Of a stretch of 64,000 bases of DNA, positions 28,613-37,824 are shown one piece after another (the first letter of the stretch is position 1; every line of letters starts with the position of its first letter). The position numbers and the translations under genes are program-made. The notes beneath the pieces are model-generated. The model searched no databases. It had not been told where the DNA came from and was given only the letters and a program-made list of their open reading frames with translations. The DNA is from Methanocorpusculum sp. (GTDB lineage: Archaea > Halobacteriota > Methanomicrobia > Methanomicrobiales > Methanocorpusculaceae). The stretch is taken from NCBI GenBank assembly GCA_030539655.1, contig JAUNXT010000002.1:372-64371 (forward strand), read 5' to 3'.

Positions 28613-28981
28613 TTATTTTTTATACACCGGAAATCCGCTGTCCTTTTGGTATTCATCCTCATCATCGTCTGCCACTCCGTTTTTGTAGTACCAGAGGTTA
28701 TACTCCTCATATGCATGGATAACGTCAGCTATCCGCACCGCAAGCGTGTGCCAGCACTCGTTGCCGAACCGGGACGCGGCACAGCTGCAGACACCCTCTT
28801 CAACATAATACTCATCGGTATTTCCCACGACGACAAAATAGTCAAGATACTTTTTCACCCTGCCTTCCGCCACTGCCGCGACCGCAAGCTCCCCGCGGTG
28901 CCCGAACGTGCTGATGATAGCCGCACGGGATGTTTCATTCAGTTCCCCTTCTTTTTTCAAGACCTGAAACGGATTTATCAT
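28613..28981 (-). CDS. SWIM zinc-finger protein
   Basis: VVVG...YYV...CSC...CWH. Confidence 0.75.
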   Translation of the reverse strand: MINPFQVLKKEGELNETSRAAIISTFGHRGELAVAAVAEGRVKKYLDYFVVVGNTDEYYVEEGVCSCAASRFGNECWHTLAVRIADVIHAYEEYNLWYYKNGVADDDEDEYQKDSGFPVYKK

Positions 28982-29030
28982 GTGTTCGGGATTCCGGATT
29001 TACGGTTCGTCGATACCGGTTGTTTGAGGA

Positions 29031-29753
29031 TTATTCGATGATAGATGTTTTAGGAGACCCTTCAATAAATGTCCACCCTTCGCGCAGTGCAAGTTCCCGC
29101 ATGCCGGGAGCCTCCAGAGCGCAGTGTGTGGCTTCGATTAAGGGAATCGGAGACTCAAGCGCCAGGCTGTATTTCAGCTCGGAGGCGAGAAATGCCCCAG
29201 CACCAAGGACCTGTGCCTCACGGATGAGGGAGAGGTCAAAGGCAGCACCTCCTGCCACTGCTATCCGGCGAACGGAGGAGATGTCTCCCCAGACTCTCAG
29301 ACCGCAGCCGAGAACGGAGGCCATCTCCTGAAAAGACATAGAGAGGGTTCCGACAACCCCGAGAGATTCAGGCGTCGCATCAAGCCGCACACGGTCTGTC
29401 AGGCCGAGCAGTTCTGCCAGTGCGTCATTAATACCGCCGTTTACATGGTCAAAGTTTGTGTGCATCGCATACAGATTAACATCGGCTTTGGCAAGGGGGC
29501 GCAGAATCTCCGCAGCTCTTCCGGTCACGGCGTGCATCGGATTCCAGAACGCGGGATGGTGGACGACCAGCGCATCAAAACCCCCGTCTGCTGCCTTTTG
29601 TGCGACCTTTGGTGTCGCATCGAGAGCACAGGCTATTTTTACGATCTCCTCTTTTCCTTCGTACAAAAGACCCACTCTTCCCTCGTCAAACTCTTCTGCC
29701 AGCACCAGAGGGGCAATCTCTTCCATCCGTCTGATAAATTCTGTTCGTTTCAT
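29031..29753 (-). CDS. Nif3-like dinuclear metal-centre protein
   Basis: ALDAT, VHHP, MHTNFD, GGINDALA, TH..LE. Confidence 0.88.
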   Translation of the reverse strand: MKRTEFIRRMEEIAPLVLAEEFDEGRVGLLYEGKEEIVKIACALDATPKVAQKAADGGFDALVVHHPAFWNPMHAVTGRAAEILRPLAKADVNLYAMHTNFDHVNGGINDALAELLGLTDRVRLDATPESLGVVGTLSMSFQEMASVLGCGLRVWGDISSVRRIAVAGGAAFDLSLIREAQVLGAGAFLASELKYSLALESPIPLIEATHCALEAPGMRELALREGWTFIEGSPKTSIIE

Positions 29754-29764
29754 GGCAGGAACCG

Positions 29765-30331
29765 TCAGTTGTAGTGTTTGATATGGATTTTTTCTTTCGG
29801 TTCGGGTTTCTGTTCTTCTTCAACAGGCACTGTTTCGCGGAATTTTGCAATCGGTGTGATGGTTTCCGCGTTTATCCAGACTGCTCCGTTGTTTTTGCCG
29901 AAGACGCGCCCTAAGACCTCGACGTTTGCACCGACTCCCACCAGCCGTTCGGGGAGAGCTACACGTTTCGCCACAATGCTTCCGGTGTTGTCTTCGATGA
30001 CGTAGACGGGTTTGTTCATGTAAACTCCGGAGACCCGGGTGATTTTTCCTTCGATGATGACAACCGCCCCGCGCATCGCGGCAGAAACCTGTTTCGCTTT
30101 GACAAATCTGGCTGCAGCGCGTTCTCGCGGAAGGTTTTTCAGTATCTGTTTTTCACTGGAGTAGATGAGTGCCAGCGGCATGACAATTAGGAGGATAACT
30201 ATCGGCACACCGAAGAACACATACGCCGGGTTGTGCGTGCTTCCGAAACTGAATGCACAGATTGCAGCAAAGAGGACAACAAGCCCCAGAAGAACAGGGG
30301 ACATCCTGAGAGTAATGCCTTTTATCTTCAT
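29765..30331 (-). CDS. Membrane-anchored OB-fold protein
   Basis: Two N-terminal hydrophobic helices; VIIEGKI, IEDNTGSI and VEVLGRV OB-fold pattern. Confidence 0.65.
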   Translation of the reverse strand: MKIKGITLRMSPVLLGLVVLFAAICAFSFGSTHNPAYVFFGVPIVILLIVMPLALIYSSEKQILKNLPRERAAARFVKAKQVSAAMRGAVVIIEGKITRVSGVYMNKPVYVIEDNTGSIVAKRVALPERLVGVGANVEVLGRVFGKNNGAVWINAETITPIAKFRETVPVEEEQKPEPKEKIHIKHYN

Positions 30332-30449
30332 TTCTTAAAGATTTGGGCTGATATGTAATGAATATTGTTGTATGAACTGCGGAGGGAGGGAGGGGAGGGG
30401 GAGATGAAGACGCACGGATGAAGAGAGAGTGTATCCTTTCATCATCTCC

Positions 30450-30780
30450 CTTTACCTGACACACTGCCCGGATGAATTTACCACTTTACCATCACTTTAC
30501 CAGTGGATGGTAAAGTCAAAACATGCTCCGGTTACCCATTTCAAGGATATTATAATAATAATTATTTATTATATCACTTTACCAGTATTGTAAATGAGAG
30601 CAGGGGTGAGGAGATTCAGGAGAGCCGCCGCTTACCTTCCTCTCGCGGAAAAAACTGGTAAAGTGGTAAATTCCAAAATAAAAACGCTCTGAATTAAGGA
30701 CAATTTCCAAAACAAACCCTGTATCAGACAAATCAGACTTTACCAGTGTGTGGTAAAGCAGGGGGGGAGGACTTTACCTG
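30450..30780. repeat. Array of ~11 (C)TTTACC(A)/(T)GGTAAA(G) motifs around a 28-bp pure A/T tract (origin-like)
   Basis: Copies at 30450, 30477, 30484, 30495, 30508(rc), 30577, 30656(rc), 30664(rc), 30738, 30751(rc), 30772; A/T run at 30547-30574. Confidence 0.8.
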
Positions 30781-30816
30781 TCCCTCCCATACGCTTTTTC
30801 CTATACGCCTCCCCCC

Positions 30817-31101
30817 TCACTCATTCCTCTGTACCCGCCGCCCTTCCTCCATCAGAACCTCAGCAAGTGCCTCCGCACACGCGGGTGACAAGCCCGCCTC
30901 AGCCGCTCCCTTGCGGTAGCAGGCTTTGACTTCCTCCTCACGCTTCGGGTCAACAACATCAAGCCCTGCCTCCGCCTTCAGCCTGCCAATCTCCGCTGCA
31001 ATTGCACTGCGCTTTCCGGCTAGCGACACAATCTCTGCATCAATCGCCGAAATATCCCGGCGAAGCTCTTCGATGCGCAGAATAAAACTTATCTCCGGCA
31101 C
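30817..31101 (-). CDS. Chorismate mutase (AroQ type)
   Basis: IEELRRDISAID..R..IG..K..VVDPKRE..Q. Confidence 0.88.
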   Translation of the reverse strand: MPEISFILRIEELRRDISAIDAEIVSLAGKRSAIAAEIGRLKAEAGLDVVDPKREEEVKACYRKGAAEAGLSPACAEALAEVLMEEGRRVQRNE

Positions 31102-32183
31102 AGATACCCTCCCCGAAACAGCATATCGGCAATAGTAAAAATCATCATCGCCTCAACCGCAATTGCTCCCCTCGGAGCAATACAGGCGTCATGCCGCCCG
31201 TGAACCGAAATCTCCGTGTTCTCAAGCGTTACCAGATTCACCGAATGCTGCGGACGGGAGATGGAAGGCGTCGGCTTAAACACTGCATCCATAACAACCG
31301 GCGCCCCGTTTGCCATCCCGCCAAGAATTCCTCCAGAATGATTGGAGGAAAGCCGCACGGCCCCGGATGGAGATGATTCACACGAACACTCATATTGATC
31401 ATTGTTCTCCGAACCGCGAAGCGATGCCGCAGCAAATCCTTCACCAAACGACACACCCTTAATCCCCGGAACGGAAAAAACTGCACGGGAAATCTCCCCG
31501 TCAAGCGAGTCGAAAAACGGCTCCCCTAGACCTGCCGGTAGACCTGATGCCACACAACGGACCGCACCTCCCACACTGTCCCCGTCAGACTTTGCCGCTA
31601 AAATCTCTGCCCTCATCTGCATCTCAAGCCCGGCACTCATCGCCCTAAGGGGATTCGTTCGGGAAACACGGAAAATCTCATCTGGTGTATACGAACCCGT
31701 ATCCTCCACATGGCCGATTTGTGTAACATATGAGCCCACATAAATCCCGTTCACCGCAAGCAGACCGCGGAGAAGCCCGCCTGCCGCAACAAGCGGTGCG
31801 GTCATCCTTCCGGAAAAAAAGCTCCCCCCGCGGACATCAAACGCAGGACCGTATTTGCAAAACGCCGGATAATCCGCGTGCCCGGGTCGGGGAACACGTT
31901 CTGATGCGGCATACTCCTCACTTCTTACATCGGAATTGGCAAAGGTAATCACAACCGGTGCACCTGTGGTACATCCGTTTTGAAGACCTGAAACTGCCGG
32001 AATATCATCCTCATGCCGTGCGGTCCCGATTCCCGCCGCGGGACGCCGCAGGGCGAGGTCGTTTTCTATATCCTCTTCCGAGACCGCATACCCTGCAGGA
32101 AGCCCGTCGATGCTGCAGCCCACAAAAGAATCATGGCTTGCACCGAACAGGGTAAGCCGTAAGGATTTCCCGATTGTATTCAT
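31089..32183 (-). CDS. aroC: Chorismate synthase
   Basis: FGASH, RPGHAD, RGG..SGR, DSVGG, FKPTPSI, GRHD. Confidence 0.95.
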   Translation of the reverse strand: MNTIGKSLRLTLFGASHDSFVGCSIDGLPAGYAVSEEDIENDLALRRPAAGIGTARHEDDIPAVSGLQNGCTTGAPVVITFANSDVRSEEYAASERVPRPGHADYPAFCKYGPAFDVRGGSFFSGRMTAPLVAAGGLLRGLLAVNGIYVGSYVTQIGHVEDTGSYTPDEIFRVSRTNPLRAMSAGLEMQMRAEILAAKSDGDSVGGAVRCVASGLPAGLGEPFFDSLDGEISRAVFSVPGIKGVSFGEGFAAASLRGSENNDQYECSCESSPSGAVRLSSNHSGGILGGMANGAPVVMDAVFKPTPSISRPQHSVNLVTLENTEISVHGRHDACIAPRGAIAVEAMMIFTIADMLFRGGYLCRR

Positions 32184-33421
32184 TCTATGTTTCCTCCAAG
32201 CAGACGCACATCCCGCAGAAAGTCAGGATAGGAGACCGCATACACCTCATCATATGCAGCATTAGATGCGTCAATTTCCGTCGTCTCCTCCGCACAAAGA
32301 CCTGCGAGGACTGCAGCCATAAACAGACGATGGTCGTCCGGTACGAAAAACTCTGCCCCGCGAAGCTTCCCGCCTTCCACGGCAAAGCAGTCCTGCTGCA
32401 AAGCGGTCTTTGCCCCCATCACTGACAGGAGAGAGGAGACTTCAGACAAACGATTGCTTTCTTTATAGATTTGTTGTGAAACACCATAAATTCTGCTGAT
32501 GCCTTCCGCACGGGCGGCAAGTACCGCTGCTGCCGGAAAAATATCAGGGGTGTCTGACAGGTTCAGACTGCAACGGGACAGGGGGGTTTTCGAAACAGTA
32601 ACCTGATTCCCGGAAAATGACACATCTGCCCCGAATGACCGCAGAATGGATGTGATGCGCACATCCCCCTGCAAACTCCCGGGATTAAGGCCGGTCACCG
32701 TCACCGTGCCGCACAAAGCACCAAGAGTTAAAAGATACGCGGCAGAGGTCCAGTCACCCCCGATAAAGACCTCACGGGGTGAAGGATGTGCCGCCCGGGG
32801 TACCGAAAACCTGTCCCCGGTTTTTGCCGCGGGAACCCCGCGTTTTACGAGGGAGGATACAGTCATATCCGCATACGGGGCAGACACAAGCGGGGTTGTA
32901 AGCCGCACGGAGATTCCGGCGAGAAGAAGAGATGAGACAAACTGCGAGGAGACATCACCCCGTATCTTTGCAGCACCGGATGTCACAGGACCTGTCACCG
33001 AGATGCAGTCACCCTCAACGGAAACTCCAGCCCCGCAGGACTCAAGAGCGGATAAAAGCGGCTGCATCGGGCGGTGCATCAGCGATGAATCGCCGGTAAA
33101 CCTGGTAGTTCCGGAAAGCCGTGCCGCAACGCCTGCAAGCAGACGAAGCGTTGTGCCTGAGTTTTTGCAGTCGATACAGGTATCTGCAGCATGGAGATTC
33201 CCGCCGGAAATCCGCAGTGTATCCCCATCCTGTGAGACGACAGCTCCGAGGGCCTGAATGCCGGAGAGAGTTGCCTCCGTATCGTAAGAAATGAGCGGAT
33301 TGTGCAGCACCGATGTCCCGGAGGAAAGTGCGGACAAAATCATCTCGCGGTGGGTTTCACTCTTCGAAGGAGGGGCACACACCGTGCCTGAAATCTTTGA
33401 GGGGGCTATCCGGTACTTCAT
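32180..33421 (-). CDS. aroA: EPSP synthase
   Basis: PPSKS, NSGTTLR, SSQFVS, KESNR, DHR; start trimmed to MKYRI. Confidence 0.92.
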   Translation of the reverse strand: MKYRIAPSKISGTVCAPPSKSETHREMILSALSSGTSVLHNPLISYDTEATLSGIQALGAVVSQDGDTLRISGGNLHAADTCIDCKNSGTTLRLLAGVAARLSGTTRFTGDSSLMHRPMQPLLSALESCGAGVSVEGDCISVTGPVTSGAAKIRGDVSSQFVSSLLLAGISVRLTTPLVSAPYADMTVSSLVKRGVPAAKTGDRFSVPRAAHPSPREVFIGGDWTSAAYLLTLGALCGTVTVTGLNPGSLQGDVRITSILRSFGADVSFSGNQVTVSKTPLSRCSLNLSDTPDIFPAAAVLAARAEGISRIYGVSQQIYKESNRLSEVSSLLSVMGAKTALQQDCFAVEGGKLRGAEFFVPDDHRLFMAAVLAGLCAEETTEIDASNAAYDEVYAVSYPDFLRDVRLLGGNIE

Positions 33422-34269
33422 CAAATCCTCCTGTTTCTGATGTGAGATACAATACACCGGCACCCGCTTTCGCGGAACCGGGAAAGAAAATTATCCAGAT
33501 TTTCCGTTTCAACAAGGATTCCAAGCGCAGGTCCGGTCCCGGAGATACCCGCGGCAGCTGCCCCTGCGGATTTTGCCGCACGGAAAAGTGCATCTGAGAT
33601 GCCGAGTGCACGCGAGACCAGAGCGCCATTTCGCTCCATCGCGGAAAAGACACCGGGCAGCCCCTCATCCATCGCATCATCAAAAATCCTGCGGCTCTCT
33701 GCTGCATCAAGCAACCCTATCGGGAACGCGGAAGAGGGAGACGGCTGATAGTCCACAGGCAAAGCGATGACCGCGGTCAGGTTTTCAGGAACAGAAATCC
33801 GCCGCAAAATCTCCATTCTGCGGTTGTCAGTAAAAACCACCCCTCCAAAAAGACACGCCGCCGCATCATCAAAGGCACCGGTGACACTGACCCCCGCATC
33901 AAGTGACGCAAGAGCACCCGCCCGGAGAATCGTTTCGGGAGGCAGTGTAACACCTGCTTCATCAGCGAACGCAGAAAGTATTGCATTCGCCGCAGCACTG
34001 CTGCTTTTAAGCCCCGCGGACTGCGGGATGTCTGACTCAACAGATACGGCAGCCCCGGATAACTTCTGCGGAGAGACTGAATTAAACCTTGCAAGGAGTG
34101 ATTCTGCAAAATACGCGGGAGCCGCAGCCCCGTTAATCATAAGAGACACACAGTCCCGTTCTTCCGCCACCGCCTTTGTCGATAAGGATATCCCGAACGC
34201 CGCACCAAACCCGGATGCTATGGCATTAACGATTGAAAGAGCTCCGCCTGAGATGCCAAAACCGGTCAT
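33421..34269 (-). CDS. aroK: Archaeal (GHMP-type) shikimate kinase
   Basis: IVNAIASG.GAA, GLKSSSA, VTGAFDDA, SGTGP. Confidence 0.92.
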   Translation of the reverse strand: MTGFGISGGALSIVNAIASGFGAAFGISLSTKAVAEERDCVSLMINGAAAPAYFAESLLARFNSVSPQKLSGAAVSVESDIPQSAGLKSSSAAANAILSAFADEAGVTLPPETILRAGALASLDAGVSVTGAFDDAAACLFGGVVFTDNRRMEILRRISVPENLTAVIALPVDYQPSPSSAFPIGLLDAAESRRIFDDAMDEGLPGVFSAMERNGALVSRALGISDALFRAAKSAGAAAAGISGTGPALGILVETENLDNFLSRFRESGCRCIVSHIRNRRI

Positions 34270-35642
34270 TTCACACCCCCTGGCACCTCATTTGTCACAG
34301 TATCATTCATCACAGCAATGTCAGCCTCTTTTCCGGTCCAGAGAGTAAACGATGCAGCCCCCTGGGCGGCAAGCATCGAAATCCCGGTCGCCGTGCGGCA
34401 TCCTGCGGCACGTGCCTCCTGCAGGAAATCAGAATCCGGATACCGCATATCACAAACAAACACCCCTTCTTTCAGCACGGCATCCGGTAGGACCGGTGAT
34501 ACCGGAGATGCGACGAGTACTGCATCATAATCATGGGCAAGTCCGCTGAGCGGGACCGCAGCCCCGCCGCAGAATGAAGCGAGAGATGCCGCGTGTTCAA
34601 ATGTCCGGTTCGCAACAAAAATCTTTGCCCCTGCATCCTTCAGATACACGGATGCCGCACGTGCCGCCCCGCCTGCACCGAGCAGAAGAACACGTTTTCC
34701 TGCAGGAGAAAATCCGGAAAAAAGTGCTTTTACCCCAGTGATGTCGGTGTTGTGCCCGGCAAGGTCTCTGGTGACGGTGTTTACAGCGCCCGCACGTTTA
34801 GCGGACTCTGAGATGACCGGAAGATACGGGATGATACGCTTTTTATGCGGCATCGTAACATTCAGACCATCTATCCCGTACGCCTGCATCAGCCGCGGAA
34901 TAAGGGATACTTCTTCATCAGAGACTGCAAACGGGAGATATATCCCCGGGATACCTGCCGAGGCAAAAGCCGCACGGTGCATCGCAGGAGAGAGGCTCTT
35001 TTTCACCGCCTCACGGCTTCCGACAAGGCCTGTTACCATCGGGTGCTGTGTCAGGGCGCGGGTCTCCGCGAAGGTGAGTTCACCTGGTGCTGCCGAGACG
35101 CCGTTTGAAACATAAGTAAAGTATGAGCCGAGCGTTTCCGCACGGACACGGGTGAGTTTTCCGGCTGTCCCCATCCCGATGAGAATGAACGGAGCTCCGG
35201 CCTTCCGGAGAACAGCCGCGGCGTCAGCGATTGAGAGCAGGTCTGCAATGGAACTGACAGAGAACGCCCCTTTGGGAAGTCCCGAGTCCGATAAGTCCCG
35301 CATCAGCTCCAGAATCTCCGGGGCTGACGGTGTTTTTTCAAAATCATGAACCGAACAGATGGTTTTTCCGGGGAACTCATCCCGAAGAGAGGAGGTACCT
35401 TCGATATCGGCAAGTGCCGCACCTGCCTCAAATGCTTTTTCAAAGAGTTCGGTGTCCTCAAGTCCGCGGAATGTTGCAATTGTCGGGACCGGCTCCCCCT
35501 CAGGGGTGCTGCATCTGAAAAAAGAGAGGTCATCCGGAACTTTTGCAAAAAGATCCAGACGATACTCAACAGCATCCGCACCGCACCGGACAGCTGATAT
35601 GCCATCACCGGGGTTTGTTACCGCTGCACAGATTTTTGTCAT
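34266..35642 (-). CDS. aroE: Type I 3-dehydroquinate dehydratase / shikimate dehydrogenase fusion (AroD-AroE)
   Basis: N-terminal EYRLD, SVHDFEKTP, IGMG, APG; C-terminal SLSP, NVTMPHK, AVNT, NTD, GAGGAA. Confidence 0.88.
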   Translation of the reverse strand: MTKICAAVTNPGDGISAVRCGADAVEYRLDLFAKVPDDLSFFRCSTPEGEPVPTIATFRGLEDTELFEKAFEAGAALADIEGTSSLRDEFPGKTICSVHDFEKTPSAPEILELMRDLSDSGLPKGAFSVSSIADLLSIADAAAVLRKAGAPFILIGMGTAGKLTRVRAETLGSYFTYVSNGVSAAPGELTFAETRALTQHPMVTGLVGSREAVKKSLSPAMHRAAFASAGIPGIYLPFAVSDEEVSLIPRLMQAYGIDGLNVTMPHKKRIIPYLPVISESAKRAGAVNTVTRDLAGHNTDITGVKALFSGFSPAGKRVLLLGAGGAARAASVYLKDAGAKIFVANRTFEHAASLASFCGGAAVPLSGLAHDYDAVLVASPVSPVLPDAVLKEGVFVCDMRYPDSDFLQEARAAGCRTATGISMLAAQGAASFTLWTGKEADIAVMNDTVTNEVPGGVK

Positions 35643-36694
35643 AGTTCACGGACGGTTTCATCGACCGGTGCTCCGAAATGTCTTCCGCCGGAACCGGTTT
35701 TTACAAGGACTGTGTCCCCGACGGACAGCTCTGCTGCAGATACCGGACCCTTTGGGGTTAAGAACCGTATGGTTTCAGCGTTCTGCACAATAACCGAGCC
35801 GCGAACCGGCAGGTCTTCGGTTCCGGCGGTTTCTACGCAGATGAGAAGCATCGGGCGCCGCTCGATTTTTATGCGGCCTGCGGCAACGGTCCGGACCTTC
35901 CCGTCCGCTTTGCAGGAGAGAAGAAGCGCACCCGCAGAGAGTTCAGAAAGATATGCTGTTTTTCCGCCCGGGAGCTGAATGTAGGAGTGGATGGCCCCTG
36001 CATTTACGCGGAAGGGGCGCGGGTTCGTGAACTCGCTTTCTGCGTGCTCTGAACAGACAAAAAAGAGGCACGCGGCAGATGAACCCACAAGCATTCCCTC
36101 ATCGTTATCAAGAATGGAGGTGGTATCAATACATACCCGGTCCGAGAGCGGGACGGGAGTTATCTTTGTAACCACCGCGGGCGTTAAAGGAACAGCACCT
36201 TCCGGCCCTTCCGGGATGAAACCGGAGAGCTTTTGCGCCTCCGCGGAGATGACAATCCCCGCACATCCTTTTTCAAGGATTTCTGCAGCAAGCACCGCCT
36301 CTTCCGGGGTATTTACCGAAGCGTAAATCTTTGTTTTCTGCAGCCGGGACAGCAGGTTTTCGAGAGGGAGCACACGCCATCCGGCGGTTTCAATGACTGC
36401 TATCCCGCCGCAGTCCTCTACAGCGTCAAGCGACTCTTTCGAGGTGATATGATAAATCTGTCCCGCGAGGGAGTTCCCTGAAAAGAGCAGGTCTCCGGTG
36501 CAGGTAAGGATCGTAAACCGCCCGGGTTTTTTTGCCGCATCAGCCGCGGAAAGGATAATCCCCGTAAATCCCGCAGAAAGCGCGGCCTCCTTTATTGCTT
36601 CATTCTGCTGCGCATCTGCGGTATCGGCACGGACAAAGACCTGCGGAAGGGGAGCGCCTTTTGATCCGGCTCCCGTCCCATTTTCCGAGCTCAC
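35639..36694 (-). CDS. aroB': 3-dehydroquinate synthase II (AroB')
   Basis: LPLENL, DRVCIDT, EGMLVGS, RPFRVNAG, QNAETI, GRHFG. Confidence 0.92.
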   Translation of the reverse strand: MSSENGTGAGSKGAPLPQVFVRADTADAQQNEAIKEAALSAGFTGIILSAADAAKKPGRFTILTCTGDLLFSGNSLAGQIYHITSKESLDAVEDCGGIAVIETAGWRVLPLENLLSRLQKTKIYASVNTPEEAVLAAEILEKGCAGIVISAEAQKLSGFIPEGPEGAVPLTPAVVTKITPVPLSDRVCIDTTSILDNDEGMLVGSSAACLFFVCSEHAESEFTNPRPFRVNAGAIHSYIQLPGGKTAYLSELSAGALLLSCKADGKVRTVAAGRIKIERRPMLLICVETAGTEDLPVRGSVIVQNAETIRFLTPKGPVSAAELSVGDTVLVKTGSGGRHFGAPVDETVREL

Positions 36695-37476
36695 GGTGAA
36701 AGCCTCCGCATTGCCTCATCCACACTTTTTTTGCGGAAGACGATGTCGGATAATGCAGAGCAGATTCCGGTAATATCGGGGTGCTCGAAGATGCGCCGGC
36801 CAATGGAAATCCCTGCCCCTCCCGCGCCGAGTGCGTCATAGACCATGGTCAGAAGGTCACGGTCCGAGGAGATATCAGGGCCTCCTGCGATTACCACAGG
36901 TACAGGACATCCCCGGGTGACCTCGCGGAAGGAATCAGGGTCTCCCGTGTAGCCGATTTTAACGAGATCTGCCCCGATTTCTGCTGCCGTCCGGACACAG
37001 GTTTTTGCGGCATCCGGGTCCTCTGCCGCTTTTCCTTTCGGGTAGATCATGGCAAGAAGAGGAACACCCCATCCCGCACAGTCTGCGGCGATTTTACCAG
37101 CCGCTTCAAGCATCTGCGGCTCACTCTCGCCTCCGATGTTGAGATGGATTGAAACCGCATCCGCACCAAGCCGCAGCGCTTCTTCGACAGATGAGACGAT
37201 TACTTTTCTGTCAGGGGATGCACTGTAGATACTGCCCGCACTTAAGTGAAGGATTAAACCGACATCGCGTCCGAATCCCCGGTGTCCTGCCTCCACCATT
37301 CCTTTGTGCATGAGAACTGCGGAAGCACCGCCCGCTGCCGCTTTCGCCACGGTGTCTTTTATGGAATAAAGACCGGGAAGGGGCCCCATGGTTGCCCCGT
37401 GGTCAAGCGGGAGGATGAAGGCACGGCCTGTTTCGCGGTCTATAATGCGTTCAAGCCGTATGCTTTTCCCTGACAT
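36691..37476 (-). CDS. aroA': 2-amino-3,7-dideoxy-D-threo-hept-6-ulosonate synthase (AroA')
   Basis: PLDHG, LAMIYP, ADLVK, VIAGG; first gene of the aro operon. Confidence 0.9.
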   Translation of the reverse strand: MSGKSIRLERIIDRETGRAFILPLDHGATMGPLPGLYSIKDTVAKAAAGGASAVLMHKGMVEAGHRGFGRDVGLILHLSAGSIYSASPDRKVIVSSVEEALRLGADAVSIHLNIGGESEPQMLEAAGKIAADCAGWGVPLLAMIYPKGKAAEDPDAAKTCVRTAAEIGADLVKIGYTGDPDSFREVTRGCPVPVVIAGGPDISSDRDLLTMVYDALGAGGAGISIGRRIFEHPDITGICSALSDIVFRKKSVDEAMRRLSP

Positions 37477-37588
37477 GTTGTATGTATTGATTCGCGGGAT
37501 TAAGACTTATTTTTTTCTTTGTAAACGGGAGTGAGTGTTCTTCCACTGAATGGTACTGCTATTGTTGTAACTGGCGGTGTGACCTATC

Positions 37589-37798
37589 TCACATCTTCCC
37601 CATCCGCTTCGCATACGCGGCAAACGCTGCCTCATACTCGGGAGATGCAAAAAATCCGTTCATAAACTCCTCATCGGACGTAATCTCCTCAGTCTGTGTC
37701 TGCTCCTGAAAAATACCCATCATCGACATACGGCAGTTTGCAATCGTCTGCTCCGCAAGTTCCTCATCGGTCATCTCATGCTTCTTTTTTCCGAACAT
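37589..37798 (-). CDS. Hypothetical 69-aa protein
   Basis: GAGGT RBS; co-oriented directly after the patatin gene. Confidence 0.6.
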   Translation of the reverse strand: MFGKKKHEMTDEELAEQTIANCRMSMMGIFQEQTQTEEITSDEEFMNGFFASPEYEAAFAAYAKRMGKM

Positions 37799-37824
37799 CC
37801 CGCATTACCTCATCTCTTTCCCCT

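Noticed and set aside
30450-30780. CRISPR array (also considered for 244-550)
   Set aside because: Repeats are 8 bp or inverted and irregularly spaced, with no repeat-spacer periodicity and no cas genes.
30300-31200. GC-skew flip as proof that the repeat array is an origin or terminus
   Set aside because: A similar flip appears at other intergenic regions in this window, so it is not specific evidence.
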